DNA of 64,000 nt from a virus (lineage: Duplodnaviria > Heunggongvirae > Uroviricota > Caudoviricetes). Shown here piece by piece: positions 38,547-47,258 of the stretch. The notes under the pieces are model-generated. The model saw only the letters and a program-made list of their open reading frames with translations. It searched no databases and was not told the DNA's origin. A program made the translations under genes and the position numbers. The stretch's first letter is position 1. The number at the start of each line of letters is the position of its first letter. The stretch is taken from IMG/VR virus record IMGVR_UViG_3300011337_000467, positions 31,723-95,722 of that record; one strand, 5' to 3'.

Positions 38547-39369
38547 CACATGGCATCCAGCTGGCCATAATGGCTGGTGCAGTGTAAATCTTACACCTGA
38601 ACAGTTTTCATTTCGAGTTAACAATCCTGCTACTGAAGAATTGGATTTTCAATCAGCATGTGACATTGCTGCACAAATGCTATGCCAGGAGTGGAGCAAC
38701 CGGCCACTATATCTCAGCCTTAGTGGCGGACTCGACAGTGAATTGATTGCCAACACTTTTGTTAGAAACCATATTTCATTTACACCAGTGATCCTTCAAG
38801 TTAGCAATCTCAATGCCGCAGAGTCTTGGTATGCTGAATATTGGTGCCAACAACACAACGTAACTCCGTTAATTAAAACAGTAACTATTTCTGAGTATGA
38901 GGACATTGTTAAAAAGTATTTGTTAGTGTTAAGAAACACTCACCAAACTGGTATTGTAGCTAATTTATATCTAGCTGACGAAATTCAAGCTCTTGGCGGA
39001 TACTATGTAAATGGTGTGGGTGATATCAATCAAGATCAAGATCAAGATCACTTTTATTGTAACATTGTGGACTTTGCGTTAGATGTGTTTAGATCCGGTC
39101 AACACCCTACAGGATTTTTTATGTATACTGCCGAATTAGCATTGGCATATATCAAAATGTTTGATTCAGCAATAAATGAGCAGTATAATAAACTAAGATT
39201 TTATAATGTGTCGCCAAGGCCTAAAATTGCCTGGGTAGAACAAGTGATTTCTAGTAGTACACGACTGTTTCGCATGTTAGACTTTTGGTATACACATGTA
39301 CCAAATTCTCAACCACACCAGTTTGGTAACAAACAAGATGTAATCAACGTATTAAAAGGAGTTAAATGA
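38536..39369 (+). CDS. PP-loop ATP pyrophosphatase (QueC-like / adenine-nucleotide alpha-hydrolase superfamily)
   Basis: 'LYLSLSGGLDSELIA' SGGxDS PP-loop near the N-terminus. No C-terminal CxxC...C zinc site as in canonical QueC. Confidence 0.55.
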   Translation: MSVNTWHPAGHNGWCSVNLTPEQFSFRVNNPATEELDFQSACDIAAQMLCQEWSNRPLYLSLSGGLDSELIANTFVRNHISFTPVILQVSNLNAAESWYAEYWCQQHNVTPLIKTVTISEYEDIVKKYLLVLRNTHQTGIVANLYLADEIQALGGYYVNGVGDINQDQDQDHFYCNIVDFALDVFRSGQHPTGFFMYTAELALAYIKMFDSAINEQYNKLRFYNVSPRPKIAWVEQVISSSTRLFRMLDFWYTHVPNSQPHQFGNKQDVINVLKGVK

Positions 39370-39761
39370 CTGATTTAGAAATTGCACGTCAACAAGGCAT
39401 TGCACCCTGGGACGACCGTGTGGAAGAACTTTCGGACTTTCATGTAGCTGCGTTCCGTGATCGCTTTCCAGTAACTTCAGGACATTTGTTGTTTGTGCCA
39501 CAATACAATACTGATGATGTAATCATGGAATGTTTTGAATCAGCCATGTTGCATGGTCGGCGTATGGTAGCTGATGGCAAGTGTGATGCGTTCAACATTG
39601 GCATCAACATGGGGCGAGAAGCAGGGCAAACTGTAATGTATCCGCATGTGCATTTGATTCCACGACGTGTGGGCGATTGTGCAGATCCTGTGGGTGGGGT
39701 ACGTGGAGTTATTCACGGACAAGCCAACTACAAAACAACAGGCTATCAACAACCTGCATAA
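39366..39761 (+). CDS. HIT-family (histidine-triad) nucleotide hydrolase/transferase-like protein
   Basis: 'AFRDRFPVTSGHLLFVPQ' and 'GQTVMYPHVHLIPR' match HIT blocks. The triad is degenerate (HVHLI instead of HxHxH). ATGA overlap with the upstream gene. Confidence 0.55.
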   Translation: MTDLEIARQQGIAPWDDRVEELSDFHVAAFRDRFPVTSGHLLFVPQYNTDDVIMECFESAMLHGRRMVADGKCDAFNIGINMGREAGQTVMYPHVHLIPRRVGDCADPVGGVRGVIHGQANYKTTGYQQPA

Positions 39762-39797
39762 GTATTTCTCTAAGCGGCCTGTCCGGCATCATCCCGC

Positions 39798-39826
39798 TAT
39801 ACAAACTCTGCTGCCTATGCTATAAT
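39798..39826 (+). promoter_or_regulatory. Candidate promoter (TATACA-17-TATAAT) upstream of queD
   Basis: Perfect -10 TATAAT at 39821-39826 with a 4/6 -35 at 39798-39803. GGAGG Shine-Dalgarno follows. Confidence 0.4.
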
Positions 39827-39844
39827 GTCATAGGAGGACAAATA

Positions 39845-40342
39845 ATGCAACCGATAACATACAAATTTACTTCAACCAAAGAGTACCATGACGCATTTCC
39901 ATGTGCGTATAGACAGTGGAGGGCTGACAGCCACTGCAATCTAATTCATGGTTACAGTTTTTCGATGAAGTTTTACTTTGGCACAGACAACCTGGATGTA
40001 CGCAATTGGGCAGCCGATTATGGTGGTCTCAAAGAACTCAAGAAGCAATTGGAAGATCAATTTGATCATACCTTACTAGTATCTGCAGATGATCCAGAGC
40101 TGGAAACATACAAGCTCTTGCAAGAGAAGAAAATGGCCAAACTCACCATCCTACCACGGCTGGGCTGTGAAGGCCTAGCAGACATGCTGTACAAGTATGT
40201 GAACGGTGTTTACATTCCGGACCTGTGGGGACCGGGTGAAGCAGAGCGTCTCTGGTGCTATCGTGTAGAAGTGCGTGAAACACAGAGCAACATGGCTTTC
40301 CGAGAAGGCCATCGCGAGTGGATGGAAGATCTGTTCGTTTAA
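39845..40342 (+). CDS. queD: 6-carboxy-5,6,7,8-tetrahydropterin synthase (QueD/PTPS fold)
   Basis: 'CNLIHGYSF' (CxxxHGH-type zinc motif) and 'DHTLL' (DHxxLN-like). Start at Met 39845 with a GGAGG Shine-Dalgarno. Confidence 0.65.
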   Translation: MQPITYKFTSTKEYHDAFPCAYRQWRADSHCNLIHGYSFSMKFYFGTDNLDVRNWAADYGGLKELKKQLEDQFDHTLLVSADDPELETYKLLQEKKMAKLTILPRLGCEGLADMLYKYVNGVYIPDLWGPGEAERLWCYRVEVRETQSNMAFREGHREWMEDLFV

Positions 40343-40359
40343 TATAACAAGGAAAAATC

Positions 40360-40986
40360 ATGTTAGATCGAATCTTAAATGGTGTTGACCGTGCATTGGC
40401 CTACAAGCTCATGCTGGCACATATCATTATTATTGCTGTTAGCAATTACATCGTGCAATTTAAATTCTCAGTGTTTGGTGCACCATTGGCAGCAGCCGCG
40501 TTCACATTTCCACTAGTGGTTGTGTTGACCGACTTGACTGTGCGAATGTTAGGCAAACAAACTGGTCGTGCCGTGATTGCCTTGGCATTCATCCCTGCCA
40601 TCATTGTATCAATGGCGGTAGTCAAATTAGGCGGTGCTCCTGACTCAGTGGCTTTCCGGATTGGTCTTGGTTCAGGTGTTGCATACTTTGTGAGCAATTT
40701 GCTTGATGTGTACGTGTTCCAATACATTCGTGAGAAGTATGCTACTTGGTGGATTGCACCTGCGTTGAGTTCAATTGTGAGCACATTCTTTGATACCTAT
40801 GTGTTCTTCTTTACTGCATTTGCCGGTGGTGCCAATGAGTTTATGGCTGCTAACTGGCACATTGTTGCAACCAACAATTCAATCAGCAAAGTCATTGTGA
40901 GCTTATTGGTTATCCTACCTGCTTATGGATTGTTGTTGAGTCACTTGCAGAAAAAAATAGTAGAAGATATTAAACAACCTAACTAA
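40360..40986 (+). CDS. yhhQ: YhhQ/Vut-family queuosine-precursor (preQ0/preQ1) transporter
   Basis: 'AVSNYIVQ', 'FTFPLVVVLTDLTVR' and ~6 TM segments match the YhhQ (DUF165) pattern ('SSNYLVQ...FLATDLTVR') closely. Confidence 0.75.
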   Translation: MLDRILNGVDRALAYKLMLAHIIIIAVSNYIVQFKFSVFGAPLAAAAFTFPLVVVLTDLTVRMLGKQTGRAVIALAFIPAIIVSMAVVKLGGAPDSVAFRIGLGSGVAYFVSNLLDVYVFQYIREKYATWWIAPALSSIVSTFFDTYVFFFTAFAGGANEFMAANWHIVATNNSISKVIVSLLVILPAYGLLLSHLQKKIVEDIKQPN

Positions 40987-41003
40987 TGGACATTGACCAT
41001 AAC

Positions 41004-41029
41004 AAAAACCCAGGTAACTCTGGGTTTTT
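41004..41029 (+). terminator. Rho-independent terminator hairpin
   Basis: AAAAACCCAG-gtaact-CTGGGTTTTT: 5-bp GC-rich stem, 6-nt loop, A-tract before and T5 after. Confidence 0.6.
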
Positions 41030-41069
41030 AACAAGTTATATCCAGGGCACAGAACAGATTAAATAAGAC

Positions 41070-43043
41070 ATGAACAAAAAAACAATAAGTTTTGTACAGC
41101 CCAACTTTCAACAAGGGCCTAAAGAATTCAATGCCTACTACTTGCCGTATTCTGCAGGTGTGATTTTGAGTTACGCCTTTGGGTTTGAGCATATTAAAAA
41201 TGCCTGGGAAATTGATGAATTAATTTGGCGTAGAGAGCCCATTGAAGAAGCAGCCGCAAGATTGCAACACAATGACATTGTGGCGTTTAGTGCCTATGTA
41301 TGGAATCACAGATACAACTACAAACTAGCACGTCGAATCAAAGAACTCAATCCCAAAGTAAAAATTATATTTGGTGGACCCGAGCCTGCTATTACGGATC
41401 CTGAATTGTTTGTGAAAGAACCTTTCATGGATCTTGTGAGCAAGATGGAAGGCGAGATCACATTCAAACGCATCCTAGAAGATTTTGACACAGACTTTAC
41501 GCACATTCCTGGCTTGTTGATTAACACACCAGCAGGGCTAGTAGACACTGGAGATTGTGCCAGAATCGACAATCTAGATCAAATCCCCAGTCCTTACCTT
41601 GCCGGCATCTTTGATCGAATCATAGCTGAAAATCCTGATGTAATTTGGAATGCTACATTGGAAACCAATCGCGGTTGCCCTTATCAGTGTACCTTTTGTG
41701 ACTGGGGCAGTCTCACTTACAACAAGGTCAAGAAATTTGAACTCACTAGAGTGTTCCATGAATTAGAATGGATTGGTCGCCATTGCGGATTTGTCACAAT
41801 CACAGATGCCAACTTTGGCATGTTCATTGAACGTGACAACATGATTGTGGACAAGTTGATTGAAGTACAAAAGCAATGGGCCAAGCTGGCGTCATTTTCT
41901 ATGACATGGGCCAAGAATCAAAAGAACGAAGTAGTGGGCATTGTAAAGAAATTGATCGACGAAAGCCCCAACTTTGGTCAAGGCCTTACTGTGAGTGTGC
42001 AAAGCATGGACCACGATGTGTTGGAAAACATCAAGCGTAGAAATCTTGATCAACACAAGATTGACGAAATCTTTGCTTTGTGTGATCGCAACAATATTCC
42101 TGTGTACACAGAAGTTATCTTGGGCTTGCCAGGTGAAACTGTGGAAACTTGGAAAAATGCTTTTTGGCAAATCTTCCGTGCAGGTAACCATACTGGTGTG
42201 AACATTCTCCAAGCGCAGTTGTTGGAAAATGCCGAGATGAATCTCTTGCAAAAACGAATGTGGAAGCTGGATTCAGTGCCAGTGTATGACTACATGAGTG
42301 GCAGCTATGGTGATGTAGACATGGACGAGTGTGTGGATGTTGTGGTAGGAACCAAAGACATTCCACGAGAAATGATGTTGGACACACTGGTATGGAACAG
42401 TTTTATTCAAACTTTTCACATCAACGGGTTGACCACGTACATTGCTAGATACTTGGCCAAAGCTCATGACATTGACTACAGTGAGTTCTACGACAGTTTG
42501 TACAAGTATATTGAAAGCGATGCATGGTTTCAACAACAGTTTGATGAGACACGCAGTTACTTTAGAAACTGGACCACAGACGGTCGTATCAATCATCCTC
42601 GAATTGGCAACATCGAAGTGTTTGGATGGAATCTTGTGCATCGAACCACTTTGTATATGCAACAGCAACAAAAGATCAATCATGTGTTCGATATCATTGA
42701 CAACTTTGTAAGAACCACGTATACTATTGACAGCAACATACTAAATCAGTTGTTGCAGTTTCAGAGAAACTATGTGATTGATTACAAAGATTTACCAGCA
42801 TTGCCAATTCAACAAAAGTTTGACTATGACTTTCTTGGATATCTACTGGACGATGCTGACATCAACACACCATGCTTGTACAAATTTGACAGCGTGGAAG
42901 ATAAAACCATGAGCATGGATCGGTTCTTAGAGAACATGTATTTTGCTCGCAAGCGGAATTTTGGAAAAACAACAATAACAAAAACTAATTCAGCCAACTT
43001 ACCTGAAATAGAATATGACAACAGAGAACTTATTACCCCTTGA
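41070..43043 (+). CDS. Class B (cobalamin-binding) radical SAM enzyme
   Basis: N-terminal B12-binding-like region (IVAFSAYVWNH...KIIFGGPEP) followed by 'NRGCPYQCTFCDW' CxxxCxxC. 657 aa. Confidence 0.65.
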   Translation: MNKKTISFVQPNFQQGPKEFNAYYLPYSAGVILSYAFGFEHIKNAWEIDELIWRREPIEEAAARLQHNDIVAFSAYVWNHRYNYKLARRIKELNPKVKIIFGGPEPAITDPELFVKEPFMDLVSKMEGEITFKRILEDFDTDFTHIPGLLINTPAGLVDTGDCARIDNLDQIPSPYLAGIFDRIIAENPDVIWNATLETNRGCPYQCTFCDWGSLTYNKVKKFELTRVFHELEWIGRHCGFVTITDANFGMFIERDNMIVDKLIEVQKQWAKLASFSMTWAKNQKNEVVGIVKKLIDESPNFGQGLTVSVQSMDHDVLENIKRRNLDQHKIDEIFALCDRNNIPVYTEVILGLPGETVETWKNAFWQIFRAGNHTGVNILQAQLLENAEMNLLQKRMWKLDSVPVYDYMSGSYGDVDMDECVDVVVGTKDIPREMMLDTLVWNSFIQTFHINGLTTYIARYLAKAHDIDYSEFYDSLYKYIESDAWFQQQFDETRSYFRNWTTDGRINHPRIGNIEVFGWNLVHRTTLYMQQQQKINHVFDIIDNFVRTTYTIDSNILNQLLQFQRNYVIDYKDLPALPIQQKFDYDFLGYLLDDADINTPCLYKFDSVEDKTMSMDRFLENMYFARKRNFGKTTITKTNSANLPEIEYDNRELITP

Positions 43044-43872
43044 CAATCCCATCGACATCAGTATTTTATTGCCCACTCGTGGCAGACCAAAACCACTAGA
43101 ACAATGCCTACGCACTCTACTTGACCGGGCCAAAGACCCCAGTCGAATAGAAGTGATGTTGGCATTTGATAATGATGATAGTGAAAACATCAAACACTTT
43201 GTGGATGTCGTACAACCTTATCTTGATGACCTTGGTGTAGAATACAGCGCCATACAGTTTGAAAGATTAGGGTACATGCGACTAAACGAGTACCTTAACG
43301 AGTTGGCCAAGCACAGTCAAGGCTCTTGGTTGTTCTTTTGGAATGACGATGCTGTGATGAAAACACAGGATTGGGATCAGGTGATTCGAGACAACGGGCA
43401 AGAATTCAATTTGCTCCGTGCCGAAACCAATCACGAACACCCTTATGCTATCTTTCCTATCCTGCCAAAGAAGTGGGTGGAAATTACTGGCCATTTGAGT
43501 CCGCATCAAATCAACGATGCCTGGACCAGCCAAGTGGCTTGGATGTTGGATATTGTGAAAACAATTCCTGTAATGGTACACCATGAACGCTATGATCTTA
43601 CTGGCGAGAACTTGGATGAAACATTCAAAGAACGTATCATGTTGGAAAACATGCCCGGCAATGATCCTAGAGATTTCAATCACATTACCTGGCGCAAACG
43701 CAGGGTTGAAGAAACTGAAAAAATTGCAGACTATCTTGACAGCATAGGCCGCGATACCACGTGGTTTAGAGATTCAATGACCGGTAAAAATCCAAACATC
43801 TGGGCCAGAATGGTCCTGCAAGATCCACACAAACGATTAAGACAATGGAAGGACAGTCCCTTTGAGCAATGA
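43015..43872 (+). CDS. GT-A fold (GT2-like) glycosyltransferase
   Basis: 'ISILLPTRGRP..L..CL.TLL....DPSRIEVMLAFDNDDSE' matches the GT2 N-terminal block with a DxD-like 'DNDD'. Start may lie a few codons later since it overlaps the radical SAM stop. Confidence 0.5.
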   Translation: MTTENLLPLDNPIDISILLPTRGRPKPLEQCLRTLLDRAKDPSRIEVMLAFDNDDSENIKHFVDVVQPYLDDLGVEYSAIQFERLGYMRLNEYLNELAKHSQGSWLFFWNDDAVMKTQDWDQVIRDNGQEFNLLRAETNHEHPYAIFPILPKKWVEITGHLSPHQINDAWTSQVAWMLDIVKTIPVMVHHERYDLTGENLDETFKERIMLENMPGNDPRDFNHITWRKRRVEETEKIADYLDSIGRDTTWFRDSMTGKNPNIWARMVLQDPHKRLRQWKDSPFEQ

Positions 43873-44635
43873 ACTAATAGACAAGATTGTGCAGTACTGG
43901 GATCGCCAGCCCTGTAACATCAACCACAGCGCCAGTGAAGTTGGTACTGAACAATTCTTTAACGAGAATAGCGAAAAACGCTACTTTGTTGAACCACATC
44001 TCAAAGATCTAGCACAGTTTCATTTGTATGCTGGCAAACGTGTGTTAGAAATTGGATGTGGCATTGGTGCCGATGCAGCTGAGTTTGCCAAGCATGGTGC
44101 CGAGTATGTTGGTATCGATCTCAGCAGTGAAAGCATTGCATTGGCCCGGAAACGATTTGAAGTTTTGGGACTGGAAGGTCAATTCATTCAAGGTAGCGGC
44201 GATGATGACTTGTCACACTTGGGCAAATTTGATTTGGTTTACAGTTGTGGTGTGTTACATCACTATCCAGACATTGATCGTGTGATTGAAAACATACACA
44301 GTTTGACCGTGGACGGTGGCGAGTTCAAAATGCTAGTGTATGCTCGTGACAGTTGGAAGTATGCCATGATCCAAAAAGGTCTGGACCAATACGAAGCACA
44401 AGCCGGATGTCCGTATGCCAAAGCCTACACAAAAGAAGAAGTCTATCAGTTGCTAGAGGGCAAATTCCATATCGGACGCATTAGACAAGCGCATTGTTTC
44501 ATGTATAATGTACCTAAGTACAAGCAAGGTATCTATGAACTGGAACCTTGGTTTGCGGCAATGAGCGAAGAAATGCGTCAAGCAGTTCGCGAATACTTGG
44601 GTTGGCATCTACTGGTTAAAGCAACAAAAATATGA
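43862..44635 (+). CDS. Class I SAM-dependent methyltransferase
   Basis: 'VLEIGCGIGADAAEFAKHGAEYVGIDLS' motif I/II and 'LVYSCGVLHH' motif IV-like block. Confidence 0.7.
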   Translation: MSNELIDKIVQYWDRQPCNINHSASEVGTEQFFNENSEKRYFVEPHLKDLAQFHLYAGKRVLEIGCGIGADAAEFAKHGAEYVGIDLSSESIALARKRFEVLGLEGQFIQGSGDDDLSHLGKFDLVYSCGVLHHYPDIDRVIENIHSLTVDGGEFKMLVYARDSWKYAMIQKGLDQYEAQAGCPYAKAYTKEEVYQLLEGKFHIGRIRQAHCFMYNVPKYKQGIYELEPWFAAMSEEMRQAVREYLGWHLLVKATKI

Positions 44636-45504
44636 AATTAAAAGTTAGTGAGTTATTTTATTCTGCACAGGGCGAAGGACGCTTTGTTGGTGTTCCTTCA
44701 GTGTTCCTACGCACATACGGATGCAACTTCACTTGCTCAGGCTTTGGCTGCGCTCCGGGCGTACAGTCTACCGAAGCAGACCAAGTGGCAAAGAACATAC
44801 ACCTGTACAAGGATTTTCTTGAACTGCCGCTTGTGAACACCGGATGTGATAGCTACGCTTCGTGGCATCCTGCATTTAAGGAACTAAGTCACACACTCAC
44901 ACATGATGAACTGATTGAAAAGATGTTGGTTCTTACACCCAATCATCACTGGCAACAAGACAACGGCAATGATGTGCATCTTGTGATCACAGGTGGTGAA
45001 CCGCTGTTGGGTTGGCAGCGTGGATACGAAGAACTGCTGTCGCAAGGCAGTATGGGTGACTTAAAGAACATCACATTCGAAACCAATGGCACTCAAAAGT
45101 TACAGCCAGCATTTCGAACATTTTTGCACGAATGGCGTCGCCCTGCACTAGGGGCCGTGCCCACGCGAGAAATTACTTTCTCAGTAAGTCCCAAGCTATC
45201 AGCGTCAGGCGAATCGTGGTCGGATGCTATCAAGCCCGAGATTGTGGCAGACTATCAAATGCATGGCACAGTATATTTAAAATTTGTGGTAGAAACACTG
45301 GCACACTTTGAAGAAGTTGATCGTGCTGTGGCTGCATATCGTGAAGCAGGTTTCCGTGGTGTTACCTATGTGATGCCACAAGGCGGTGTGGTCACTCCAT
45401 ACGAACGCAACCGAGTGAATGTAGCTGACTGGGCACTGGCTCGTGGTTATAACTATAGCCCAAGATTGCATGTGGATCTCTGGGGCAATGGCTGGGGCAA
45501 ATAA
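44632..45504 (+). CDS. queE: 7-carboxy-7-deazaguanine synthase-like radical SAM enzyme (QueE family)
   Basis: 'SELFYSAQGEGRFVGVPSVFLRTYGCNFTCSGFGC', 'VITGGEP' and 'FSVSPKL' parallel the E. coli QueE blocks. ATGA overlap with the methyltransferase gene. Confidence 0.65.
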   Translation: MKLKVSELFYSAQGEGRFVGVPSVFLRTYGCNFTCSGFGCAPGVQSTEADQVAKNIHLYKDFLELPLVNTGCDSYASWHPAFKELSHTLTHDELIEKMLVLTPNHHWQQDNGNDVHLVITGGEPLLGWQRGYEELLSQGSMGDLKNITFETNGTQKLQPAFRTFLHEWRRPALGAVPTREITFSVSPKLSASGESWSDAIKPEIVADYQMHGTVYLKFVVETLAHFEEVDRAVAAYREAGFRGVTYVMPQGGVVTPYERNRVNVADWALARGYNYSPRLHVDLWGNGWGK

Positions 45505-45708
45505 ATGTCCGAAACAAAAAAACGTACAGTAGCAAGGATGCTTACATATAGATTGACAGCCTGGCTGTTCACAATCTTTTGGACATACCTATTTACAGGT
45601 AATCTAGGCAACTCAGCAGGGTTTGCTACTGCATTACACATTCTGTTGAGTGTTGATTACTACATACACGAACGTATATGGTTGAAAATCAAATGGGGAC
45701 TCAAGTAA
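45505..45708 (+). CDS. Small two-TM membrane protein
   Basis: Starts 1 nt after the queE stop. Two hydrophobic helices. Confidence 0.4.
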   Translation: MSETKKRTVARMLTYRLTAWLFTIFWTYLFTGNLGNSAGFATALHILLSVDYYIHERIWLKIKWGLK

Positions 45709-45761
45709 TGACCAGTCTCCAAAGCAAACAAACATGTTATTTTTAAAATTAAAAGGAATTA

Positions 45762-46862
45762 ATGAGTTATCTATTTACAAGTGAAAGTGTGTCAGAAGGA
45801 CATCCGGACAAAATCGCGGATGCTATTAGCGATGCAGTGCTAGACATTGTGATGGCTAAACAGGATCCCGCTCTACGTTGCGCATGCGAAACGTTGGTTA
45901 CTACCAATCGTGTGGTGGTGGCAGGAGAATACAAAGGCGTTTTACATGCTGAGGAAGTTGAATCAGCAGTGAGAAAAGTTATCAAGGATGTGGGTTACGA
46001 ACAGTCAGGTTTTGATTGGCGTACGGCAGAAATTACCAACTTGTTACACGGGCAAAGTGCAGATATTGCACTGGGTACAGATACGTTTGGCGCAGGCGAT
46101 CAGGGCTTGATGTTTGGTTATGCCTGCAACGAAACTGATAATCATATGCCCAGTGCAATCTATTGGAGCCATCGTATTGTAGAAACTTTGACTCGTGTAC
46201 GAAAAAGTTTAGCACTGCCGTGGTTAGGACCAGACGCCAAAAGTCAAGTAACGTTTGAATACAACGACAATGGTACTCCCAAACGCATTGCCAAAGTAGT
46301 TTGCTCAACTCAGCATCATGAGTCCGTGGACATCGACCAAGTTCGAATGTCTGTTGAAAGTGTAATCCGTGGTACTCTTCCTGAAAAATATGTTGATGAC
46401 AAAACTGAATTTTATATTAACCCTACTGGTAGATTTGTTATTGGTGGGCCTGATGGCGATACTGGGCTTACTGGCCGCAAGATTATTGTTGACACTTACG
46501 GCGGGTATAGTCCTCATGGTGGCGGAGCCTTCAGCGGCAAAGATCCTACTAAAGTGGATCGCAGTGCTGCCTACTTAACACGCTGGATTGCCAAGAACAT
46601 TGTGGCAAGTGGTCAAGCACCGTGGGCTACAGTGCAGATCAGTTACGCAATTGGACTTGCACAACCCATGAGTTTCTACGTGGAAACAGCTGACGCACAA
46701 CAAGGACGTGATCTAACTAAATGGATTCAGGATAACGTTGACTTGACACCCAAGGGTATTATTGAACGTTTTGACTTGTTCCGCCCTATCTATAGTACAA
46801 CAACTAACTACGGGCATTTTGGCAAAGACTATTTGCCTTGGGAAACTGTGGATTTATTCTAA
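45762..46862 (+). CDS. metK: S-adenosylmethionine synthetase (MetK)
   Basis: 'LFTSESVSEGHPDKIAD', 'GAGDQG' and 'DTYGG' match MetK blocks. 366 aa. Confidence 0.9.
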   Translation: MSYLFTSESVSEGHPDKIADAISDAVLDIVMAKQDPALRCACETLVTTNRVVVAGEYKGVLHAEEVESAVRKVIKDVGYEQSGFDWRTAEITNLLHGQSADIALGTDTFGAGDQGLMFGYACNETDNHMPSAIYWSHRIVETLTRVRKSLALPWLGPDAKSQVTFEYNDNGTPKRIAKVVCSTQHHESVDIDQVRMSVESVIRGTLPEKYVDDKTEFYINPTGRFVIGGPDGDTGLTGRKIIVDTYGGYSPHGGGAFSGKDPTKVDRSAAYLTRWIAKNIVASGQAPWATVQISYAIGLAQPMSFYVETADAQQGRDLTKWIQDNVDLTPKGIIERFDLFRPIYSTTTNYGHFGKDYLPWETVDLF

Positions 46863-46871
46863 GGAAACTAT

Positions 46872-47258
46872 ATGGGATTTTTTGATAGATTTAAAAAGAA
46901 ATCTGAGCCCAAGGTCAAGGCCGAGACCAAGCCCAAGGTACCGGTAAAAACAGAAAAGCAACTTGCTACAGAAAAGGGCGAGCCTTATGTGGCTGTGCTT
47001 AGTATGGATGTGGATCCCAACAACCTGCATCAAGGTGCATTTGAACTAGACTGGAACGAAATCTTTGTGGCACGACTGGTCAAGGCTGGCTATATGTTGA
47101 AACCTGCTGACAGTGACGGCGAGATTGTGGATCGATGGTTTCAAAATGTGTGCCGACATGTTGTGATGGAAACATGGGAACAAGAACAAGCAATTAAAAA
47201 CTCCGGCATGTATGTGCAAAAACGTGATCTCGGAGACGGACGGAGCGAAATAGGATGA
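46872..47258 (+). CDS. Hypothetical protein (Lys-rich N-terminus)
   Basis: 128-aa ORF; no motif. Confidence 0.4.
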   Translation: MGFFDRFKKKSEPKVKAETKPKVPVKTEKQLATEKGEPYVAVLSMDVDPNNLHQGAFELDWNEIFVARLVKAGYMLKPADSDGEIVDRWFQNVCRHVVMETWEQEQAIKNSGMYVQKRDLGDGRSEIG

